Of a stretch of 17,531 nucleotides of DNA, positions 8,629-14,814 are shown one piece after another (within the stretch, counting starts at the first letter, position 1; each line of letters begins with the position of its first letter). A model generated the notes under the pieces. The model worked only from the letters and a program-made list of their open reading frames with translations. It did not search any database and was not told the DNA's origin. The stretch covers positions 1-17,531 of the forward strand of contig BBVC01000036.1 of NCBI GenBank assembly GCA_001192655.1. Reading direction: 5' to 3'. Origin of the DNA: Caedimonas varicaedens. GTDB lineage: Bacteria > Pseudomonadota > Alphaproteobacteria > Caedimonadales > Caedimonadaceae. Both the position numbers and the translations under genes were made by a program.

Positions 8629-9570
8629 TTGGAATCCCTGATAAAATCTGAGAATTTTTTGGAAAATATTTTAGAGAAGTTTTTGGTGGAAACCAGTGGA
8701 AAGCTTCCCGCTTATATCCCCGAACTTTCTAAGGCCCGCCCTGAAAGTTTCGCCATCAGCATCGTGACGGTGGAAGGAAAAATTTTACAAGCAGGAGATA
8801 TCAAGACTTTTTTCACCATTCAATCCATTGCTAAACCTCTTGTGCATGGTTTGGCGCTTGAAACCCACGGAAGAGAAAAAATCTTGAATATGGTGGGGTT
8901 GGAACCGACAGGTGATAGCTATAACTCTATCAGGCTCCAGCCAGGGTCTCATCGTCCCTATAACCCGATGGTTAATGCTGGAGCTCTGGCTCTTTCAAGC
9001 CTTATTCCTGGTGAGAACCCTGAGTTGAGATTCCATACTCTTCAAAATCTCTTTGAAAGATATATCGGACACGTTCCTAACTTTGATGAACAAGTTTATC
9101 AATCAGAGAAAAAATTTGGCAACCATAACCGAGCTATGGGCTATTTAATGCTGAATTTTAAAGTATTACAAGGAGATGTTGAAGAGATTCTTGATGATTA
9201 TTGCAAGGAGTGCTCGTTTCTTGTCAATACAACAGACCTTGCCCTTATAGGGGCAACCCTTGCCAATGGTGGAAAGAATCCCCTGACTCAAAAACAAGCT
9301 ATTGATCCTGAATATCTCGCTGATATTCTTTCAGTCATGTTCACATGCGGTATGTATGATTTTGCAGGTGAGTGGGCCTATAAGGTTGGTATTCCTGCCA
9401 AAAGTGGTGTCAGTGGGGGAATTTTAGGGGTTGTTCCAGGAAAAATGGGGATCGGTGTTTATTCGCCACTCCTTGATAGTCGGGGAAATTCAGTCAGAGG
9501 CATTAAAGTATTTCAGGAACTTGCTGAAATCCTGCAATTTAATATCTTTAAATCGTCGAACCTTCTTTAA
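8629..9570 (+). CDS. glsA: Glutaminase A
   Basis: 313 aa with QSIAKP (Ser-x-x-Lys), NPMVNAGAL and PAKSGVSGGI motifs. The TTG start is preceded by AAGGAG. Confidence 0.92.
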   Translation: MESLIKSENFLENILEKFLVETSGKLPAYIPELSKARPESFAISIVTVEGKILQAGDIKTFFTIQSIAKPLVHGLALETHGREKILNMVGLEPTGDSYNSIRLQPGSHRPYNPMVNAGALALSSLIPGENPELRFHTLQNLFERYIGHVPNFDEQVYQSEKKFGNHNRAMGYLMLNFKVLQGDVEEILDDYCKECSFLVNTTDLALIGATLANGGKNPLTQKQAIDPEYLADILSVMFTCGMYDFAGEWAYKVGIPAKSGVSGGILGVVPGKMGIGVYSPLLDSRGNSVRGIKVFQELAEILQFNIFKSSNLL

Positions 9571-9830
9571 CGGGACTTGGACCTGGGAATAATAAGAAGA
9601 TGACCATGAGAAGTCGTTGCCTGGGAAGTGGTCGAAGCATTGGGAAGGACAGACTTTTTGGAAGAAGTTTCTGGATTTTTAAGATCCTCTATGCAATGAC
9701 ATGTTTGGGAGTTCTTATCTTGTGAAGACATTTGCTCCTTATCTTGTGAGGTCGTGTTTGAGGAAGAGTTTGTCTTCTCTGAATTTGATCTGCGCTTTGC
9801 CATAGATGAAGAAACCAACAAGGATACCAA
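9567..9830 (-). CDS. Questionable small Ser/Thr-rich ORF (possibly frameshifted secreted peptide, possibly non-coding)
   Basis: 87-codon ORF with a TTG start and low complexity (SSSNTTSQDKEQMSSQDKNSQ). It contains a 12-nt in-frame direct repeat, CTTATCTTGTGA, at 9714-9725 and 9738-9749. A second same-strand ORF (9862..9689, ATG start, MKIKYIIVF...) overlaps it in another frame. I recognise no family. Confidence 0.25.
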   Translation of the reverse strand: MVSLLVSSSMAKRRSNSEKTNSSSNTTSQDKEQMSSQDKNSQTCHCIEDLKNPETSSKKSVLPNASTTSQATTSHGHLLIIPRSKSR

Positions 9831-9840
9831 AATAAAAAAA

Positions 9841-10030
9841 CGATTATATATTTTATTTTCATGATGATAGATCTATTGAAAAAGTAAATTTTTGAGACAT
9901 ATTTTTTCTCTTTTTAATCTCGTCACATAAAATATCTTTTCAGATTATTATATTTTATTATTTAAAAATGTTAAACATTTTTGTCGTTTTTTCAATTTAA
10001 CTTTTTCTTTTTATATTATCTCATTTTTCA
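9841..10030. other. AT-rich putative DNA unwinding element of oriC
   Basis: About 83% A+T by direct count. It contains long A/T runs, AT-rich direct repeats and a 19-bp palindrome. Confidence 0.45.
9842..9960 (+). repeat. AT-rich direct repeat pair GATTA(T)TATATTTTATT
   Basis: 9842-9857 gattatatattttatt and 9943-9959 gattattatattttatt are identical apart from one extra T. They lie ~100 bp apart inside the AT-rich segment. Confidence 0.5.
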
Positions 10031-10057
10031 AAAGTTGTGGAGTTTTTACCAAAGAGG

Positions 10058-10066
10058 TGTGGATAA
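10058..10066 (-). promoter_or_regulatory. DnaA box, perfect consensus TTATCCACA
   Basis: The + strand reads TGTGGATAA, the reverse complement of TTATCCACA (9/9). Confidence 0.7.
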
Positions 10067-10124
10067 TTATGGGAAAGATCAATAACAGATCAAAAATTTT
10101 CTCTTTTCCCTCTTTTTCAAGATC

Positions 10125-10133
10125 TTTTCCACA
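10125..10133 (+). promoter_or_regulatory. DnaA box TTTTCCACA (8/9), head-to-head with weaker TGTGGTAAA at 10134-10142
   Basis: The + strand reads TTTTCCACATGTGGTAAA, two inverted boxes with no spacer. An AGATCT at 10120-10125 abuts it. Confidence 0.55.
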
Positions 10134-10218
10134 TGTGGTAAAAGCAGGGATAATCTGTGAGTAATTCTTCTCTATTAAAAAAATATAAGGATCTATATAT
10201 AGTTAATAATGGTAAAAA

Positions 10219-10227
10219 TGTTGATAA
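10219..10227 (-). promoter_or_regulatory. DnaA box TTATCAACA (8/9)
   Basis: The + strand reads TGTTGATAA, the reverse complement of TTATCAACA. Confidence 0.5.
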
Positions 10228-10252
10228 GGATATACACTCCACAGAGAGAAGT

Positions 10253-10261
10253 TTTTCCACA
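10253..10261 (+). promoter_or_regulatory. DnaA box TTTTCCACA (8/9)
   Basis: The + strand reads TTTTCCACA, the same variant as at 10125. Confidence 0.55.
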
Positions 10262-10286
10262 GGAACTACTATCCTCATCAATTATC

Positions 10287-10315
10287 TTAAGATAAAATAT
10301 ATTTAAGAGTATAGT
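10287..10315 (+). promoter_or_regulatory. Possible hemE promoter inside the origin region
   Basis: TTAAGA (10287-10292), a 17-nt spacer, then TATAGT (10310-10315), about 20 nt upstream of the ATG at 10337. This is weak evidence in an AT-rich background. Confidence 0.25.
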
Positions 10316-10336
10316 GTGGTATATTCATATCCTAAA

Positions 10337-11353
10337 ATGCTTAAAGTTTTGAAAGGAGAAAAAATTTCTCCCCCCCCCATCTGGCTTATGCGTCAGGCTG
10401 GAAGATACCTTCCTGAATATCGTACTCTTCGTCAAAAATGTCCTGATTTTCTTGAATTCTGCTTTACGCCAGATTTAGCTGTTGAAGCAACGTTACAACC
10501 CCTTCGACGATACGACCTTGATGCAGCTATTTTATTTTCTGATATTCTGGTCGTTCCCTATGCTTTGGGACAAAAAGTTGAATTTCATGAAGGAAAAGGT
10601 CCGCAACTCTCGCCTTTGCGATCCAGAAATGATATTTCAAATCTTGACCTTGATTCTTTTTTAGAAATACTTTTACCTGTTTTTGAATCTATCCGCAGGC
10701 TTCGTACTGTTCTTCCTACAGAAAAAGCGCTCATCGGTTTTGCGGGAGCTCCCTGGACAATTTTTGCGTATATGGTAGAGGGAAACACCAGTCGTACATT
10801 TTCTCAGGCTGTTCGATTTTTCTATCATAGCCCTGATGATGCACGTTATCTTATGGATTTCATTTGTGAAGCAACAGAAAGATATCTTTGCGCTCAAATT
10901 GAGGCAGGTGTTCAGGTCATTCAGCTTTTTGATTCGTGGGCGGGTGTTGTTCCTTATCCTTTGCTTGAAGATGCGGTTTATGCTCCTGTCCGCCGCCTAC
11001 TTCGTTTTCTTCAGCATAAATTTCCTCATATTCCCGTGATTTGTTTTCCGAAAGGTATAGGAGAAAAACTTCCCCTTTATTTGCAGACCACAGGCGCTAC
11101 AGCGCTTTCTATAGATTATCATGTTGATTTAAGTCTTCTTCTTCCTCAAATCCCTTCTCACATTATTCTCCAGGGAGCCCTTGATCCCCAGGTTCTAGTT
11201 GTCGGTGGTAAAACCCTCGAACAGGAAATTTCAAGACTCAAAAAAAGCTTGGCGGGACACCCTTATATCTTTAATCTGGGGCATGGAATTGTTCCGGAAA
11301 CACCGCATGAGCATGTCACGCAATTAATCCATATTTTGCATCATCAGGAATAA
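10337..11353 (+). CDS. hemE: Uroporphyrinogen decarboxylase
   Basis: Contains PPIWLMRQAGRYLPEY, FSDILVVP and a C-terminal FNLGHGI. I prefer the ATG at 10337 (MLKVLKGEK...) to the GTG at 10316. Confidence 0.93.
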   Translation: MLKVLKGEKISPPPIWLMRQAGRYLPEYRTLRQKCPDFLEFCFTPDLAVEATLQPLRRYDLDAAILFSDILVVPYALGQKVEFHEGKGPQLSPLRSRNDISNLDLDSFLEILLPVFESIRRLRTVLPTEKALIGFAGAPWTIFAYMVEGNTSRTFSQAVRFFYHSPDDARYLMDFICEATERYLCAQIEAGVQVIQLFDSWAGVVPYPLLEDAVYAPVRRLLRFLQHKFPHIPVICFPKGIGEKLPLYLQTTGATALSIDYHVDLSLLLPQIPSHIILQGALDPQVLVVGGKTLEQEISRLKKSLAGHPYIFNLGHGIVPETPHEHVTQLIHILHHQE

Positions 11354-11355
11354 AA

Positions 11356-12375
11356 ATGCCTCGAACCGCAGTTATTTTGTTAAATTTAGGAGGACCAGAT
11401 CAATTAAATTCGGTTCAGCCTTTTTTGCAAAATTTATTCAGGGATCCTGCGATTCTTCGTCTCTCCTGGATTTTTCGTGAGATTTTGGCTTGGCTTATTT
11501 CAAGAAAACGCTTGCACGAAGCTCAAAAGATCTACGCCTATCTAGGAGGGGGGTCTCCTCTTCTGAAAAACACCCAAATTCAGTCGAAAGCTCTGGAAAA
11601 AGCTCTTGGTAAAAACTTCCGTGTTTTTATTGCAATGCGTTATTGGCACCCTTTTACGCATGAAACGATCACTCAGGTTATAGCTTATCAACCTGATGAT
11701 GTTGTTCTTCTTCCGCTTTACCCTCAGTTTTCTACGACAACTACAGCTTCTTCTTTAAAATGCTGGATAGAAACAGCTTCTAAAATGGGTTTAAACATTC
11801 CTACGAGAATCATTGGATGTTACCCTATAGCCGAAGGCTTTATTCAAGCTATTTCTGAATTGTTGCACCATTCTCTTCAGGAATTTGAAGATTTATCGCA
11901 GACCCACATCCTTTTCTCTGCTCATGGTCTTCCTAAGCGCATTGTGGAAAGTGGTGATCCTTACCAGACACAAGTAGAGAAGACAGTTCATGCAGTAATA
12001 AACACTTTGAAAATAAAACTCTGTTCTTATTCTATCGCCTATCAATCGCGAGTAGGACCTTTGGAATGGATTGGCCCTGCAACAGAAAGCGAAATCAGGC
12101 GATTAGGGCTAGAAAAGAAAAATATCCTTCTTGTTCCCATCTCTTTTGTGTCTGAGCATTCTGAAACCTTGTATGAAATCGATTATCAATATAAAACTCT
12201 TGCAGAAGAGTCTGGTGTGAGGAAATTTCTGAGAACTCAAACAGTCGGTATCCATCCAAAATTTATCGGACAAATAGTAGAATTTTGTCATCAAAAGAAT
12301 CTTGTTGAAAATTTTATTTGTCCCACAAATGTTGAGAAATGTATATGTCGAGAGGTAATGAAAAAAAGTGTCTGA
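11356..12375 (+). CDS. hemH: Ferrochelatase (with C-terminal Cys cluster)
   Basis: 339 aa with LLNLGGP, SAHGLP and SEHSETL motifs. It starts 2 nt after the hemE stop. Confidence 0.93.
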   Translation: MPRTAVILLNLGGPDQLNSVQPFLQNLFRDPAILRLSWIFREILAWLISRKRLHEAQKIYAYLGGGSPLLKNTQIQSKALEKALGKNFRVFIAMRYWHPFTHETITQVIAYQPDDVVLLPLYPQFSTTTTASSLKCWIETASKMGLNIPTRIIGCYPIAEGFIQAISELLHHSLQEFEDLSQTHILFSAHGLPKRIVESGDPYQTQVEKTVHAVINTLKIKLCSYSIAYQSRVGPLEWIGPATESEIRRLGLEKKNILLVPISFVSEHSETLYEIDYQYKTLAEESGVRKFLRTQTVGIHPKFIGQIVEFCHQKNLVENFICPTNVEKCICREVMKKSV

Positions 12376-12817
12376 TTTTTTAACTTCCCACTATCTTGTT
12401 CTTAAAAGCTTACATATTATTTTTATGATTTTCTGGATGGCAGCTCTCTTTTATTTGCCTCGCCTTTTTCTTTACCATGCTCGTGTCTTGCCACATTCTG
12501 AAACAAGTGAGTTATTTAAAATCATGGAAAGAAGGCTTGTGCGGATTATTATGACGCCTTCGATGTTGTTGACATGGCTTTTTGGTTTTTGTTTATTGGG
12601 GGTAGGAGGAATGTTTTCAGCCCCATCAGGCTGGCTTCATGCTAAGATTTTTCTTGTTTTGATTATGTCTTCGTTTCATGGTGTGTTCGTGATGTGGATG
12701 AAAGATTTTTCTCAGGATAAAAATAGGTATTCTGAAAAATTTTATCGTGCTATCAATGAAGTTCCACCTCTTTTATTGATTTTAATTGTATTTCTTGTTG
12801 TATTGAAACCATTCTAG
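12368..12817 (+). CDS. hemJ: Protoporphyrinogen IX oxidase, HemJ type
   Basis: 149-aa protein with four TM helices. It has the HemJ signature LKSLHIIFMIFWMAALFYLPRLFLYH. The GTG start overlaps the hemH stop by 8 nt. Confidence 0.85.
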   Translation: MSDFLTSHYLVLKSLHIIFMIFWMAALFYLPRLFLYHARVLPHSETSELFKIMERRLVRIIMTPSMLLTWLFGFCLLGVGGMFSAPSGWLHAKIFLVLIMSSFHGVFVMWMKDFSQDKNRYSEKFYRAINEVPPLLLILIVFLVVLKPF

Positions 12818-12907
12818 GTATATAAGGGGGCATATGGCTGGTATCTGCTGATCCTTCTGTAACAAGTTTTCCCAAATTTAGCATTTAGAGTATAAAAAGA
12901 AAATTTT

Positions 12908-14182
12908 ATGAATATTCCTTCGAAGTTGACAATTCGTGAATTAAAGTTGAAATCCCCAGCTGAACTTCTTTCTTTGGCTGAAGAAAATGCCATTGAAAAT
13001 GCAAGTTCTCTTAAAAAACAAGATCTTATCTTTGCTATTCTTAAGCAATTAGCGAATAAGGATATCCCTATCTATGGCGGTGGGATTTTAGAGACTCTCC
13101 AAGATGGATTTGGCTTTTTGAGATCTCCTGAAATGAATTATTTGCCAGGTCCCGATGATGTTTATGTTTCTCCCAGCCAAATACGTCGATTTAGTTTACG
13201 CACCGGAGATTCTTTGGAAGGACAAATTCGTTCTCCGAAAGATGGTGAACGTTATTTTGCTTTATTGAAACTTAATACTATTAACTTTGAAGATCCAGAA
13301 AAAGCTCGTCATCGTATTAATTTCGACAATCTTACGCCTCTTTATCCCGATAAAAAATTCACGCTGGAAATTGAGGGTGAGCCTAATAATAATTTAACTG
13401 GTCGAGTCATTGATCTTGTAGCCCCTTTGGGAAAAGGTCAGCGTGCCTTGATTACAGCGCCCCCTCGCTCCGGAAAAACAGTCATGCTGCAACAAATTGC
13501 ACATTCTATTACGACAAATAATCCAGAGGTTTATCTTATTGTTCTTTTAATTGACGAACGTCCAGAAGAAGTGACGGACATGGCACGTTCGGTCAAAGGA
13601 GAAGTTGTGAGTTCAACTTTTGATGAACCTGCTTCTCGTCATGTTCAAATTGCGGAAATGGTTATTGAAAAGGCCAAGCGTTTGGTTGAGCATAAGCGTG
13701 ACGTTGTGATTTTGCTGGATAATATTACACGACTTGCTCGTGCATATAATACGGTTGTTCCTTCTTCAGGTAAAGTTTTAACGGGTGGTGTTGATGCGAA
13801 TGCTCTTCAACGTCCTAAAAGATTTTTTGGTGCGGCACGTAATATAGAAGAAGGTGGATCTTTGACAATCATTTCTACTGCTCTGGTAGAAACGGGTTCA
13901 CGTATGGATGAAGTGATATTTGAAGAATTTAAGGGGACAGGTAATTGTGAAATTATTCTGGATCGTAAACTTTCTGATAAGCGTACCTTCCCTGCGATCG
14001 ATATTACGCGTTCTGGAACCCGTAAGGAAGAACTTCTTGTAGACAAAGATACACTCAAGAAAATGTGGGTTTTACGTCGTATTTTGGCACCCATGGGGTC
14101 AACAGAAGCTCTTGAATTTCTTTTGGATAAATTAAGATTAACAAAAACAAATAATGATTTCTTTTCATCTATGAATACTTGA
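12908..14182 (+). CDS. rho: Transcription termination factor Rho
   Basis: 424 aa. It has the N-terminal Rho_N region, an RNA-binding GFGFLR, Walker [18 protein letters not shown] and a C-terminal [15 protein letters not shown]. Confidence 0.97.
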   Translation: MNIPSKLTIRELKLKSPAELLSLAEENAIENASSLKKQDLIFAILKQLANKDIPIYGGGILETLQDGFGFLRSPEMNYLPGPDDVYVSPSQIRRFSLRTGDSLEGQIRSPKDGERYFALLKLNTINFEDPEKARHRINFDNLTPLYPDKKFTLEIEGEPNNNLTGRVIDLVAPLGKGQRALITAPPRSGKTVMLQQIAHSITTNNPEVYLIVLLIDERPEEVTDMARSVKGEVVSSTFDEPASRHVQIAEMVIEKAKRLVEHKRDVVILLDNITRLARAYNTVVPSSGKVLTGGVDANALQRPKRFFGAARNIEEGGSLTIISTALVETGSRMDEVIFEEFKGTGNCEIILDRKLSDKRTFPAIDITRSGTRKEELLVDKDTLKKMWVLRRILAPMGSTEALEFLLDKLRLTKTNNDFFSSMNT

Positions 14183-14184
14183 GA

Positions 14185-14799
14185 ATGACACCCGCAAGTT
14201 TTTTTCAAGAGAAAGGCATTAATGTTTCACGTGAAACATTTCATCGTCTTCAGCTCTATGAAGAGACTCTTTTGAAATGGCAGACCTCTCATAACCTCAT
14301 TTCTAACTCAACAATTTCCTCGATATGGAAGCGTCATTTCCTTGATTCGGCTCAGTTGATTCCTTATATTTCTCCTTCAATCAAAACAATTGCTGATCTG
14401 GGAAGCGGAGCAGGATTTCCAGGGATGGTGATCGCTCTTCTTACAGAGATCCCGACGATTCTTATTGAGTCCAATCAAAAAAAAGAGTCTTTTTTACGAG
14501 AAGTCCAAAGAATCACACAAGCGCCTGTTACAATTTTATCGAAACGTATTGAAGATACACCATCACTTCAAGTAGATTTGATAACAGCACGAGCAGTAAG
14601 TCAACTCTCTACGTTGATGGAATATGCTTTTCTTCATTTAAATACTCATGGGTTATGTCTTTTTTTAAAAGGTAAAGATATTGAAAAAGAAATAAACGAA
14701 GCTCATAAAAAATGGAATTTTTTAGAAAAACAATATCTGAGTATTACTGATTGCACTGGCGTTATTTTAGAGATACAAAAGATAAGAAGAAAGCAATGA
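14185..14799 (+). CDS. rsmG: 16S rRNA (guanine527-N7)-methyltransferase
   Basis: Contains the SAM motif DLGSGAGFPGMVIA and has GidB-family length. The ATG at 14185 is 2 nt after the rho stop (the track TTG at 14179 overlaps it). Confidence 0.9.
   Translation: MTPASFFQEKGINVSRETFHRLQLYEETLLKWQTSHNLISNSTISSIWKRHFLDSAQLIPYISPSIKTIADLGSGAGFPGMVIALLTEIPTILIESNQKKESFLREVQRITQAPVTILSKRIEDTPSLQVDLITARAVSQLSTLMEYAFLHLNTHGLCLFLKGKDIEKEINEAHKKWNFLEKQYLSITDCTGVILEIQKIRRKQ
14223..14238. promoter_or_regulatory. parS centromere site, perfect TGTTTCACGTGAAACA
   Basis: This is an exact 16-bp match to the canonical chromosomal parS palindrome. The palindrome extends perfectly to 20 bp (14221-14240, AATGTTTCACGTGAAACATT). 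It lies in the 5' end of rsmG, ~0.6 kb upstream of parA. Confidence 0.85.
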
Positions 14800-14814
14800 T
14801 AAAGGAAGTTGAAA

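Larger units (their letters stand above)
9831..10315. other. Candidate chromosomal origin of replication (oriC), hemE-linked alphaproteobacterial type
   Basis: 485-bp gap without a credible ORF. The left half is AT-rich: 31 G/C in 180 nt over 9841-10020, by my count. The right half holds a cluster of DnaA-box matches. It lies directly upstream of hemE and ~4 kb from parS/parAB. Confidence 0.75.

Noticed and set aside
9600-9725. 41-codon + strand ORF (MTMRSRCLGSGRSIGKDRLF...) just after glsA.
   Set aside because: It has no RBS and no recognisable features, it is short, and it overlaps the equally uncertain minus-strand ORFs.
9831-10315. CtrA boxes (TTAA-N7-TTAA) and CcrM GANTC sites, expected for a Caulobacter-like origin.
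   Set aside because: Manual scan found TTAA starting at 9914, 9962, 9971, 9997, 10175, 10203, 10287 and 10303. No pair has the 11-nt start-to-start spacing. No GANTC was found. The closest candidate, TTAAAAATGTTAA, has N5 spacing.
13807-14208. 133-aa minus-strand ORF antisense to the rho 3' end.
   Set aside because: It lies entirely within the highly conserved rho coding region. The sequence is Arg/Ser-rich and low-complexity, characteristic of an antisense frame, and it has no start context.
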